The position numbers and the translations under genes are program-made. Shown one piece after another: positions 1 through 15,555 of a DNA stretch of 64,000 nt. Origin of the DNA: Octopus vulgaris (taxonomy: Eukaryota); assembly GCA_951406725.2 (NCBI GenBank), contig OX597823.1:40858001-40922000 (forward strand). Direction: 5' to 3'. The notes under the pieces were generated by a model that was given only the letters and a program-made list of their open reading frames with translations, did no database searches and was not told where the DNA came from. Each line of letters begins with the position of its first letter. The stretch's first letter is position 1.

Positions 1-330
1 ATTATACTTTAGTTTGATTTTAATTATTACTTACTACATATAATTCAATTGTTATTATTATCTGTAATATTTATTGTTAAAGTGAAAGTATCTGACACAA
101 AATAGAAAAATGTTTTTGTTTCACTTTTAACGCGTAATACTGAAATAGTGGAGAAGATATGATATTGCTATGGGCTCACCCTAGGCAAGAAGTTGAACAT
201 TTTTTTTGGCCAAGAAACTACATGGACCCTCAGTAAGACATATGTAAAATTTGAATGAAATTGGTTGAACAAAGCGCTCTCATTATTTCTTTCTTAAAGC
301 CTGGTACTTATAGTATATACATACACAGAA

Positions 331-744
331 CATATGCTATAATTATAAACAGGGCAAATTTTAGCCATTTCTCAGAAGACTGAAACGAAAAATGATGAAC
401 AAACTTAATCGATCTTCGTACATTCTTGGGTTCTCCTCAGAGGAGTCCACATCATTCTGAAAATCTCAAGAGCAGTAAGTAGCGAAACTGCTTATATGCT
501 CAACAAATGCAGCAGTTTCTCTATGAAGGAGTTCCTAATTTGCATACCGAAAATGTTTGACCCTCTATAAATACCAGCGGCCAGTCATCGGGGACCTTAT
601 TCCAAACAGTATCAAGATATGATATGATATATATGTAACATATGGTATGATTATAAACAGGGCAAATTTTAGCCATTTCTCCGCAGACTGAAAAGGTGAT
701 GAACAACCTTAATCGATTTTCGAACCTTGTTGGATTCTCAGAGG
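331..744 (+). repeat. Diverged direct repeat of ~110 bp (331-444 and 639-744)
   Basis: Shared attataaacagggcaaattttagccatttctc...gatgaacaa.cttaatcgat...ctcagagga. Confidence 0.85.
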
Positions 745-1179
745 ATTGAATTGCCGTTTCTTTCTCGACTCACTTTATTGATAATATCATTCAGAGTGGG
801 TGAAACGGTGAAAGAGAGAGTATGTGTGAGAGAGAGAGGGAAATACACCAAGAGAAAGAGAGAGAGGGGAGGCTGAAAAAGATAGAAAAAGTGAGTATGA
901 GAGGGAGAGAATGTGGGAGTGAAAGAAACAGAGATATAGAATAAGAAACGACACTGTAACCCATATATTTGAACATGGAGCTTATTAAAGAATCCAATGC
1001 GATCGCTAAGATGCTTATATCCGAAGCTGAAATACGAAGAATAAGATTGGATTTGTCGGTCTGATTCTTGAGAAGTTAAACATATAAGGAATTTAGTTAT
1101 AGAAAAGTATATAAATGCGTATGTGTGAGTATGTGTGCGTGCGTGTGTATGGGTATATATACTTATATGTATGATTACA

Positions 1180-1229
<50 letters not shown>

Positions 1230-1513
1230 AACAAACCGAGAAAAAGAGTCCTTTGAAAGAGGTGTATTAAACATCCAATTCACTGGTACGTCAGTTGATT
1301 ACCATATAAATATGGGTATAATGCAATAACAAAGATAAATTAAATAGAGAGACACTGTTGACAATCCAATAATTTATTTATAGTATATTATAATATTACA
1401 CTATTATATAATATGCTATAAACATAATATAACATAATATTATATAACATAAACAATTATTAAAAAAACCAAAATGCCCAACAAACTGTTTCGACTTATA
1501 TACATTTTCTGAT

Positions 1514-1930
1514 ATACTCTTTTACTCTTTTACTTGTTTCAGTCATTTGACTGCGGCCATGCTGGAGCACCGCTTTTAGTCGAGCAAATCGACCCAAGGT
1601 CTTATTCTTTGTAAGCCCAGTACTTATTCTATCGGTCGCTCTTGCCGAACCGCTAAGTGACGGGGACGTAAACACACCAGCATCGGTTGTCAAGCAATGT
1701 TAGGGGGACAAACACAGACACACAAACACACACACACACACACATGTATAAATATATACATATATACGACAGGCTTCTTTCAGTTTCCGTCTACCAAATC
1801 CACTCACAAGGCATTGGTCGGCGCGGGGCTATAACAGAAGACACTTGCCCAAGATGCCACGCAGTTGGACTGAACCCGGAACCATGTGGCTGGTTAGCAA
1901 GCTACTTACCACACAGCCACTCCTGCGCCT
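1514..1930 (-). mobile_element. tRNA-derived CORE-like SINE (family A) with internal (CA)/(TA) tract
   Basis: Minus strand begins AGGCGCAGGAGTGGCTGTGTGGTAAG (A box), then GGTTCAGTCC (B box) and TTGGGCAAGTGTCTT. It has an (AAAAGAGT)n tail and several copies in the window. Confidence 0.9.
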
Positions 1931-2492
1931 ATTGATATAAAAAAATTATTGTTTCAATTAACTAATGATAGTCTTCTATATTTATTGTTTATTGGAGGGA
2001 TAATTCCATAATAGATATGAATAGAAACGCAATAAAAATGTTTTTTTCTTATTTACTTAATTTATCGAAGGGAGAATTCCGTAGTAAACATTATTACAAA
2101 CATAAGGCTGTAAATTCGGTAACCAAAGAACTTCATAGATATATATTTAGGCAATAGTAATTGAAATGAAATTAAATAATTTGTTAGGGGTAACCAAATT
2201 TGAAGTTACTTAAATAATGATTGTTATTCGTATATTATGGAAGGGAGAATTTAGTGAATCGATAGAGATCAATGATATAAACCAAAGCAGTATTAAGGAC
2301 TATTCTCGATGAACTGATTAATATTATTATTTACAAATTGAAGGACCATACATAGTGCATATCCAAACTCTATCAATACTTTCAGAAGTAACAAATAACT
2401 TTGTTGTAATAAGAATACAATTTATAAACCATACAATACTATAATAATTATTATTTTGGTTATTACATTTATTTAGTAAGTCAAATGAAACT

Positions 2493-2497
<5 letters not shown>

Positions 2498-2565
<68 letters not shown>

Positions 2566-2689
2566 TATTATTATTATTATTAGGGTTGGAAGTTCATGTT
2601 GTTGTTATGCCTAGTGTGCCATATATTTGGGGGTGGGGATGTTGTATAATGAATGTCTAAAAGAAAGAAAAAAAAAAAAAAAAAAAAAA

Positions 2690-2781
<92 letters not shown>
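2498..2781. repeat. (TTA)n microsatellite with a ~110-bp insert
   Basis: Seen directly. Confidence 0.95.
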
Positions 2782-3577
2782 CCTAAACTAATTAATACAT
2801 GAAATAAATGTATTTATACACATGTTCCTTTAGTATAATGAAGATATGTTATTTGTAGCATGTAATTAATATTAAATAATAATATAACGATAAATTTAAT
2901 AGTAACTACAAGAAAGAGCACTAAAATCAAGCAATTTAGAATTGGTCCACTAATAATTAATTTTCCAAATTAAGTTATATAGATTGAGATGACAAATCTG
3001 AAATATATACATATATCTACAAACACACACACACATACACACGCATATATATATACATATATATATACACATACACATACATATACACATATATACATGT
3101 ACACACATACGTACATATACATGCATAAACATATATATATACACACATACACATATATAAACACATACATACATATATACCTACCTACATACATATAGAG
3201 AGACTAACATCCAGATATATGTATACAAATATATTTGCATACAAATATAAATAGCCATATGATAACATATGTCTATAGAGTGATACAACAGATGCATAAA
3301 TATATATAGAGAGAGATTCACATACGATAAATTAAGTAAACAAGAAAAAAACATTTTTATTGCGTGTCTATTCATATCTATTACGGAATTATCCCTCCAA
3401 TAAACAATAAATATAGAAAATTATTATTAGTTAATTGAAACAATATTTTTTTTAAATATCAATAAATTTAAATAAATAGAAGAGTTGTTATATTGAAGAT
3501 GTAAATGTTTATATATTTTTTGTTGCAGTTCTAAATAGGGGAAAACTTAGATACTTAATTATATACATATATATATA

Positions 3578-3787
3578 TTCAAAATGTGACCTCGTGTGTA
3601 CCATTGGTGATTATTTTTTCCTCTGTCTTCCCTTCTCTGGATCTTTCCTTCTCCTATGTTTCCGACGAAGAGCTCCGCTCGAAACGTTAAGCCCTCCTTC
3701 TTCCCTTCTTTCCTGAGCATCCAATAATACTATATTTGTTCCACGTCCTCGCGTTGTTGTGTTTTTTTGTGTTTTCTTGTTTTCTTT
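3578..3787 (+). mobile_element. ~210-bp non-coding Penelope-type element, copy 1 (hammerhead-like motif at 3658-3692)
   Basis: Near-identical to the reverse complements of 40182-40342 and 53597-53810. Flanked by TA-rich runs. Confidence 0.75.
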
Positions 3788-4161
3788 ATATACACACACA
3801 CCTTTATCACTGTTGTATGTTGTGGTGACGAGGGACTCTCTTGTACATGAACAGGTTTCGATTGGTATGTCTTTGTGATGCAACAAAATGGATTTCGATG
3901 GTTGTGGATTGCAGTTACTTGGTTGTATCATCCGTTAGAGTGCTTTTGTTGTATTTTTATTTGTAATTGATGTATGATTGAATAGTTAATACTCACACCC
4001 ATAATATATAGATATTTGAATTAATTTTTACAATCCAGCCGTCCTTTCAACACAGAAAGTCACTTATATATATAAGAAACTGTTATTGAGTAAATATATC
4101 AGAAAATGTATATAAGTCGAAACAATTTGTTGGACTTTTGGTTTTTTTAATAATAGTTTGT

Positions 4162-4389
4162 TATATAATATTATGTCATATTATGTCCATAGCATATCAT
4201 ATAATAGTGTAATATAATATGATATAAATAAATTATTGGATTGTCAATAGTATCTCCCTATTCATCTTATATTATATATATATATATATATATAAAGATG
4301 AATAGGGAGATACTATTGACAATCCAATAATTTATTTATATCATATTATATTACAGTATTATATAATATGCTATGGACATAATATAACA

Positions 4390-4401
<12 letters not shown>
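4162..4401. repeat. Palindrome with ~107-bp arms centred on a (TA)n tract
   Basis: 4162-4268 matches the reverse complement of 4295-4401. Confidence 0.92.
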
Positions 4402-4443
<42 letters not shown>

Positions 4444-4540
4444 AATTTGAAAAATGCTATAGCAGAAATGTTTGGATTCATGCACACGCACTGCCACACA
4501 CAGTTTCAGACGATTGCAACTGAATATGAAGGAAAAACCA

Positions 4541-4614
<74 letters not shown>

Positions 4615-4949
4615 TGATAAAACAACATGCATGTCCCATTACCTGAAGAGGGAGTTAATTAATTAATGCGTGACATGCTGCCAGATTCCTTTATTAAATC
4701 AACTTTTAATATAATATTTATTTAAATAATCATTTAAATTTATGCAACTAACCACTCAATTATCTATTTATATATTTTATCATATATATATATTTAGTTA
4801 TTTATTGAATAAACAAATAATAGATCTCTTACTCAATCAGCATCTGTCTCTGTCTATCTGTCTGTCTGTCTGTCTGTTTCTCTCTCTCTCTTTTTCTCTC
4901 TCCTGCTCATTTAACCTTCTGCCACATCATCTTATCAATTATCCTTTGC

Positions 4950-5170
4950 AAGACGGCGAGCCGGCAAATACTTTAGCACACTGGACGAAATGCTTAGTAG
5001 TATTTCGTCCGTTGCTACGTTCTGAGTTCAAATTCCGCCGAGGTCGACTTTGCTTCTCAGCTCTAGGGATCGATAAATTAAGTACCAGTGAAACACTGGG
5101 GTAGATGTAATCGACTAGTTCCTCCTCCCCTCCAAGTTTGAGGCTTTGTGCTTTTAGTAGAAAGGATTAT
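4950..5170 (+). mobile_element. tRNA-derived SINE family B
   Basis: GGCGAGCCGGCA...GAGTTCAAATTCC (B box)...GTCGACTTTGC...GATAAATTAAGTACCAG...GATGTAATCGACT. About ten copies are present in the window. Confidence 0.85.
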
Positions 5171-5614
5171 TTTTCTTAGCTCATATCATATCTCATTGTA
5201 TTGGTCATTTTCTGTTATCCTCTTTTGATTCTAATCGGAAAATTATTTTACATTATTAATTTTTCGAGGTCACGCTGAAAAGTAAAGTTAGGGAGAAAAA
5301 GGTTTGCTCTTCCCAGGTGAAGTTGTCAAAATGCGGGTCGCTATTGCAAAAATGGTTTGGGTGAATGGAAACATGTGCCTATAGATTATAGAGCAACAGT
5401 TGGGCAAAGGTTTATGTCCATGGTGGATCTGTAATGCTCCCAAGATCGGCTGTTGCTAGAGACCGTCATGTTTTCATATATTTCATATACTGTGTGTAGA
5501 TCTTATCTCTCCTTCCACCTTCTTCCCCTTATCTTGTATGTAACCCCACCACCACAAATTATAAGCAGTTTTAATGTTCACCGCATTTAATGTCCTTTTG
5601 GCAACTGAAAGAAG

Positions 5615-6546
<932 letters not shown>

Positions 6547-6814
6547 CATCATCATCATCATCATCATCATTATTATTGCCGACTCACGTGATATGTTATA
6601 TGTAAATAATAAGTCTCTTTCGTTAGTTAATGAGGCATGTATATAATTTGAGTCAAGCCATCTTTTATTTATTCATTTTTCGTCCCACCAAATCGAATTG
6701 CTCTCGTCACACACAGAATATTACGGGTAACTATAGACGGATTCAGCAGAATAGAATAATAATGAACACTTGTATTATGTGAGGTATTCTCCCAGGCATG
6801 TCAAATAACTTGTA

Positions 6815-6845
<31 letters not shown>

Positions 6846-6879
6846 GAGTATGGTTGCGTGTGTGCGTGTGTGTGTTAGG

Positions 6880-7000
6880 CAATGAGCAAAAACAAAGATA
6901 TGAGGATAAGTTTGAACAAATGTATTAGCATAGCACTTCAAAGAGAAAGAGCCTCGACTTTTCGGACGATAGACCTTCCTCGGGAAAAAATAAAGTATGG
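6880..7000 (-). mobile_element. Older related pLTR-like remnant with degenerate hammerhead-like motif (6952-6985)
   Basis: Minus strand reads UUUC CCGAGGA A GGUC uauc GUCC GAAA AG UC GAGG. The adjacent aacaaatgtattagc..gcactt motif resembles the 47583 and 53597 elements. Confidence 0.55.
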
Positions 7001-8280
7001 GAGAAACATGAAGGAGGAAAGTTGGTGGGGGAGGACGAAAGAAAGAAAAAGGCTAAGACCATACCGGGAATGCAGTTCTATGGGGAGAGTGAGGAAGGAA
7101 GGAGAAGCCGAGGTTGGGTGTACATCTGTAGGAGGATATCTGTGTATAAAGATGATCATATGGGGAGTTGTATGTGTGGTGGTATGGAGTGCATGGCATT
7201 TCTTGAAGTGTGTGTAGGTGTGATCGTATTGTGAGGGGAAAGTGTGCGGTGATAAAACACATTATAAGGAAAATACTTCAGAAGAATGTACAAAATAGTA
7301 AAAGAATAAATATATAAATGACAAAGGAGTGGGAAATATAGAAAAATGTATTTTAAAATATGGTAGTGAAATAGGGAAATGAAATGATAATACTAGTGAA
7401 AAAACAGGTTATTTTCCGAAGAAAGTAATCGTATAAGAGAATGTCGTCGAAGTGGGTAATGCTGCATATGTGTATAATATGTGTAAGTTTGTCTTACAAA
7501 TAAACTAATCAGTACTCAACGCCAACCACAGATTAATACATCATACTTTTATTATGATTGACTAATATCATTTTATTGTTTTCGTGCTGGTTACCATTTT
7601 TAACTAGTGTGAAAACATTTTTTATACATTAACAGATTTCCTTTCCTCGTTTAACGTCCCAGAAATACGTGAGGTTATATACAGGCAAACGTTCGTCTAA
7701 ATTCACTAAGTCATTTGGGTTTCACTTCCTGCTTCAGTTCATAAGGAAATACTCCTATATTATTCGTAGCATTGGATTTTAAAATGCATTTTCTTTAAAT
7801 AAGCAAAATTAGTTTACTATGTTCATATGTGGTATTTCTCAGCAATGCCTTATGTGCGGTTGCTTCAACCAGGTTATCTGGTAGTGAGTTTGACTGTTGA
7901 CTGTTGAACATTAGGAAGATTTATGTCTAAGAGTTCATAGTTTCCATTATGCTTCCACACAACACAAAATATATATACATGCAAACACACACACTCACAC
8001 ACATTTATATGTATATATAAATGAGAATTTTATGCTAATGTCTACTTATTCTGTGATGTACTAAAACTTCAATGCAATAGATATTTTCTGTAGAATACAT
8101 ACATACGTTTACATGCTAATACCCACAGACACGCGCACACACACACACATACACACATACACACACACACACATATGTATGCATACATACATATAAATAA
8201 AAATGCATACCAATACAAACACATATGAATATATAAGGAGAACACGTACGTATACAAACAATACACCACGTGTTTTTTCC

Positions 8281-8334
<54 letters not shown>

Positions 8335-8387
8335 CAAAGAAATAAATGAGATACTTACTCATACCCATGGAAGAAGCAAACGCTAAG

Positions 8388-8430
<43 letters not shown>

Positions 8431-8761
8431 TATACCTACATACACACACATAAATATAGGTATCTATATATGCGTATAAATTTTTGGGTGTTATTTAAAC
8501 AGAGTGATTATTGAAACTCTGAAAAGAGCGCCATAATCAATTTCGCTATTACTTATTCATCCGTTTGCATATTTTTGCCTTAGCTGCATGAGTTTTCTAT
8601 AGTTGTGCTGGGGTTAGTTTTTTACTACTACTACTAGTAGTAGTAGTAGTAGTAGTAGTAGCAGGAGGGGGAGGAGCAGTAGTAGTAACTGGGATTGTGA
8701 GAATATGAAGTGTATACTAATATTGATGATAATGTTCTTTCTGTGATTCTTGCTTTTTCAT

Positions 8762-8816
<55 letters not shown>

Positions 8817-9803
8817 TACACACACACGCATACATCCTCTTCCACTCTCAATACCTCCCTCTCATCCCCCCCATTTCTCTCGTTCTGTTTCTAGCCTGGT
8901 CTTGGAATTAGTAGTACCTGGTGATGGTTGAAGGACTGATACGAGTCAATGATTATGTCTTGGCATATATGACCACCATCTCTCATCTCATTTCTCTCTC
9001 TCTCTCTCTTTCCCTTTCTCCCACCCGTTCTGAACCATTCCTTTCGATTATTTCTCCTTCTTCCACCACATTCTCACCGAATTTTTGCCTCGATAAATGT
9101 TTTTTCGTCAAATTGACAAACTCTTTTTTTATTCTTCATATGCAAACCTCACCACTCTGTATATTACCGATACTCTCTCACTCTTTCTCCCTTCTCTCTG
9201 TTGCTTCTCTCTCCTTTTCCCCTCTTTCTCTTTCTTCCCTCTCTTTCTCGCATTTCTCCTGCGTTCTTTCTCGCATTTTATTCCTTTTCCATTCTTTCTC
9301 TTTCTTTCTTCCCATCTCCCTTTCTAATCCTCATCTCTCCCCTCTCTTTCTTTCTACCTCCTCACCTCTCTTCTCTCTCTTTGTCTCTCCTCCTCTCTCC
9401 CTTTCTCTCTTTCTCTGTTGCATTTCTATCGCTATTTCTCCTATTTTCCCCCATTTTCTGCGTTTATAGATTTTCATTTTTGGCAATAATAGACTGCTTT
9501 TGGCCGCGGTCATTCTTTTTTGAAGTACCTAATAAACTGCATGCAAGCAGATCACACGGAACAAAACGACAAAGTTTGCTAAGCTACGGTCAGGAGTGAA
9601 TTTGGCAATGTGATTTCAAAGTTAGCTCCTCTTCCCTTTCTTTTCCCATCATTTCTTCCTTCTGTTTTTGTCACGTACCTCCTATTCTATACGGTTCTGA
9701 TTAGAGCAGAAAAATACAATGCATCGATTGGTATAAACCAATTGAAAAAAAAAAATACAACAACAGCTGTTATTGGCCCGGCTTCTCTTCCTTTACATTT
9801 CAT

Positions 9804-10716
<913 letters not shown>

Positions 10717-10732
10717 TAATAATAATAATAAT

Positions 10733-11078
10733 AAATGCCCTGACGCAGTACCAGGCAGTGGCTCTCGTGGCTTCTGATATTAACTGATTGGAAGTGTTAT
10801 CATGTAGATTGTTTTGTCTTGGTATAGATGATGGGCCACAGCAAATATTCTGCTCAATACCACAGATTTGCTTGTCACACCCTAACCAGTTGAACATGTC
10901 CCTTAGTGGCTGACGATATGTGCATCTCTGATCACAAGCAGAAGTAGTAGGGGAGCATCATAGCCATGTGTTGAAAGGAATTCTTGGAGGTTTGGATAAT
11001 TCACCTTTGGAAACATGGGTGGTTCGTTCGACATCCTTAAACAATTCTTATTCAGGGACCTTTTGAGCGGGATGGGTT
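10733..11078 (+). mobile_element. Non-coding interspersed repeat associated with (TAA)n (family E), copy 1
   Basis: Collinear with 31290-31575 and begins directly after (AAT)n. Confidence 0.85.
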
Positions 11079-11184
11079 AAAGTTAGAACATCTGACTCAA
11101 CAAAGTTTATGCTGATGTATTAGAATTTTATCGCAAATATCAGTGGATGGCTGCTGGCAGGTTCGGATGTTGTGTAGGGAGGTG

Positions 11185-11346
11185 ACGACAACCGGTGTTG
11201 GTTTGTTTTCATCATCGTAATTTTAACGTTTCAGCAAAAGAGTATGATACAATAAGTACCAGACTTTAAAAAGACGGCAGTTCTGGGGACGATTTCATCG
11301 ACAAAAACCATTCAAGGCTGTGCAGGCCAATGACTGCAGCGAGTAA
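11185..11346 (+). mobile_element. SINE family A, degenerate 3' half
   Basis: caaccggtgttggtttg...aataagtaccag...aatgactg motifs. Confidence 0.65.
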
Positions 11347-11810
11347 AAAAAAAAACTGAAGTGCAATAAAATATAAAGCCGCCAAGAGATACGTCATAAT
11401 TTTATGACCACAGAAAAATATAATAAATAATAGTGAATTTGCTGTTAATAAAATTCAACATTTGGCGAGATAAAATATTTATTTGTGGCGCAGCATTAAT
11501 TTACGCTGAAGCCTTCCTCTAACGTTTTCAAATGAGTAGATTCAATATTCTGTATGGATTCAATATGCTGTATGACGGTATGCTGAGCTGACAGAGATGG
11601 TAGAATAATGAAGCTTATTTTATGTTGCATCATGTAGTTTGTTAACTACTGAAAGAAACTTCATTTTCCTGATGCTTAAAACGTCTTTCCTAAGATAACT
11701 ATATATATTATAAGATTAGACGTTAGAATTAATTTTTAAAAAGAGATCACTGTACGAGCTTTATTTCGTAATCTACGTTAATTACAGACAATAAATTACA
11801 AACAGCAGCA

Positions 11811-11842
<32 letters not shown>

Positions 11843-12064
11843 TCATGGAGGAAATATTCATGGAAATTTTAATCTGGTATCATTTGTTTTAATTTTTAGT
11901 CAAACATAAATATCTTTCCAGAACAAGATGAGGACACAATAGACGTTATACTGACACATAATAAATACAACGTTGCATCAGATTATTCAAATGCCTTGTG
12001 TATGGATTCAAACTTTCAATTCATACCCAGTGTTGCTAACTGGTACGAACTACACCTCTATGTA

Positions 12065-12280
12065 ATAATGGTTTCAAATTTTGCCGCAACGGCAGAAATT
12101 TTAGGGGAGGGGATGAGTCGATTTCATCGACATCAGTGTTCAACTGGTACTTATTTTATCGACTTCGAATGGATGAAAGGCAAAATCGACCCCGGCGGAA
12201 TTTGAACTCAGAACATAGCGACGGGCGAAATACCACTAAGCATCTCTTCCAGCGCGCTAATGATTCTATCAGCTCACCGC
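12065..12280 (-). mobile_element. SINE family B
   Basis: Reverse-complement match to 4950-5170. Confidence 0.85.
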
Positions 12281-12505
12281 CATACACCTTCATGTAATAA
12301 TGTAAGTATTGTAAATATATGGGCTTAGTTATAGCTGTGCAGTTAAAACGTTCGAGTCACGATTGTGTTATTTTGCACTCAATCCCAACAATGGGCAACT
12401 TGGGATAGTGTCTTCTACTATGACTTCTGTTTCTCGTCATGGTTAACAGAAGTACATCGTCAAAGTTTACATATACATAAGTATTTGTATATGTGCGTGT
12501 GCATG

Positions 12506-12543
<38 letters not shown>

Positions 12544-13049
12544 CGTGTCTGCATTATATAGCTTTAGGAACGAAAGTACTCAATAAACGTAACAGAATTA
12601 CGCATCATTGTATGTTGTGTGTATAAATCTCATTCCAGGAAACTCAAAATGAATATGGATATAAATCTCTTCTCTGCCTAGTAATTAATAGACTTTCAAG
12701 GATAAGAATCATTTTGCTTTGATCTTTCTCAGAAACATACATTTTCTGGTTTTTATGTAAATCTGTTGTTACATATTGCATAATTCATTGCACCTTCAAT
12801 AAAACGAAAATCATTAGAACCGATGTAAGAGCTGTAAGTTATTCACAAGTTCACCTAAGATCTGCTCTTTGTACGCAGTTTTAGACGAGACATTCATATC
12901 AGTTGAACCACCGAGTTTTCCAACAGTGCGTGTCTTCGTTCTCTGTTCCACACAGTATGTTGTGTTTGGACAAAAAAGTTAATTTTATTAAAATGTTCTG
13001 CAAGTGTTCTTTATTGAGTCAACAAGTGGAGGTTTGTATATTTACTTAC

Positions 13050-13190
13050 CATGATGGTTAAGTTGCTGATCTCTTCGCATTTACAGCTTAGTATCTTAAA
13101 CGTTGGTACTAGCATTGGCACAGCAAAAAACGTTATAGGATATGGTCTTACTGGATGCAGATAGTCCTTGATTTTGCCATGTTTTGAAGT
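13050..13190 (-). other. Candidate spliced exon (141 nt, phase 0-0)
   Basis: CAGCAG acceptor with a weak pyrimidine tract, open frame TSKHGKIKDYLHPVRPYPITFFAVPMLVPTFKILSCKCEEISNLTIM and an ATG|GTAAGT donor. Confidence 0.3.
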
Positions 13191-13734
13191 CTGCTGAAGT
13201 ATGTCACTTTAACATTATTCACAGCAGCAACGTATATAAAGTTCTCGTCAATTTCGAGACAACTATACTGTTCCCTTTTAGAAATAGGAGGATATAGACA
13301 CACCTTTGATATCCATGTTCCGTATATATGTATATTTGTATATATGCATACATGTGTAGATACTTATATTACATAAGTACGTATGAATGGATGGATTCCT
13401 ATACGCCCATTGCATTAGCCTTCTTAGTCAATATCTCTCAGTGAAGACGTTGGTCACTGCTGTTATCTATGAGGTCAAAGCCGTTATAAAATGAAGAATT
13501 CGAGGTGAACACTCGCCGCCATATTGATCTCTGTTGCTGCCCTATTGTGAACACAGTGAGGTTGGTAGACATGGAACAGTGAATATTATTAAGACTGATA
13601 AGTATTGATCGACTGTCGCATTCTTTATAGAGTGTCTTTTAGCCGGCTATGTCAGGCTTTGTGCTGTGCGTGTGTGTGAATACGTTTATACGTACTAATA
13701 TGTGCTGAAATGAATACACTTTGCACGTATATAC

Positions 13735-13765
<31 letters not shown>

Positions 13766-14133
13766 TGTATGTATATATGTATGTATATATGTATGTATGT
13801 ATGCATGCATGTATGAGTGTGTGTCTGTATGTATGAGCATGTAAAAATACATAAATATACAAGCATATACACACATACAAGCATACACACATTAATACGT
13901 GTATATTTAACTTGTGCATATGTGTGTGTGCGTTTATGTACTGCTATGTATATATGTATGCATGTATATATATGTATACACTTCTCATATGTATGTATAT
14001 ATATATATACATATACGTGTATATATATGCATATATGTATACGTATATATAGACACATATATGTATCTATATATGTATATATATATATCTATATATGTAT
14101 ATATATGTATATATGTATATATATGTATATATG

Positions 14134-14166
<33 letters not shown>

Positions 14167-15062
14167 GTGTATATGTATATATATGTGTATATGTATATAT
14201 ATGTGTATATGTATATATATGTGTGTATATATGTGTATATATATATATATATGTATATATATGAGAGTTAATGATGTTTGTGAATAGAATATTTTGTGTG
14301 ATTACAGGAGATACAGTATTTTTTACGCATGTATATGTGACCTTATGTGTATATTTACCTCATCTTTTATAAACAAAAACACCAAACGGTATTTTTTAAT
14401 ATGATATTGAACATCCTGGCAGCAGCGTGCGGTTCTGTCTATGATTGTGTATTTACATGTGTAAGGAGTAGAGAAAAGACGGTGCAAAAGTAGGTGCTTC
14501 TGTTCACCTAGCGGTGAGTATTGATGTGTTTGAGTTTTTTTTTTAATGTTAAGTTTCACCTATGGATAGATGTGCGTGTGTAGATATGAACGTATGTGAA
14601 CATACGTTTGCGTGCGCATGCGCGTAATTGTGGTGAATGGGTTCCTTATAAATTAATTCTAGTATTACCATTAATTTCCTGGATGGTTCCCAATCGCTTT
14701 CAGCAAAATGAAGACATTTTTGCATGGTCCTTAAATAGATCTTCGTTAGTTGTTAAAACAAATTAGATAGCCGCTTAAGGGACGAGAATTGAATTAGAAC
14801 TGAAGAGTTACAAAGTGTACCGGAAACAAAAAAATCCTCTGGGACTCAATAAATAAGCTAAACTACTTCACTTCTTTATTTTATATTTTTCTTCTTTTAT
14901 TGAAGGCGGTTATGCGTCAGTCACATCAATAAAGAAACCCTTACCTTTTACAGGCAACATCGCAATAGTTAATGATTATTTTTTGTTATTATGCCAATCT
15001 ATCTAAGACGTCTCTTATACATACATACATGCATACATACATACACACACACACATAAATAA

Positions 15063-15093
<31 letters not shown>

Positions 15094-15497
15094 ATACATT
15101 CACGCATACACTCACGTACCCTGTACATATACATATATATATATATATACATAATAGATACATATATAATACATACGCATTTTCATATACTTTTAGATAT
15201 AATATATACGCACATATGCACTACTATGTACTATATACCTTCAAACATACGCGCGCACTTACAAACACATTGATATGTATGTGCACATACATACACACAT
15301 ATATACTGTCTGCAAAATGATGTTCGTTCTTCTATCTTGTTTACTTGTCTAATAAAAATCCTGTCATGTTATCTGTCAGCCTGTTTGTCTATGTACTGCT
15401 TATGTGCGTGTGTGTGTGTGTGAGCGTGCATGAGTGGCATTTCTGTGCGTGTGTGTGTATATGTGTATATGTCTGTATGCATGTGTATTTTCTCTCT

Positions 15498-15555
<58 letters not shown>

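Noticed and set aside
4640-4690. CTGAAGA hammerhead box
   Set aside because: There is no downstream GAAA at the proper position, so it is at best a relic.
8921-9599. Long hydrophobic ORFs resembling membrane proteins
   Set aside because: They derive from a CT-rich low-complexity tract.
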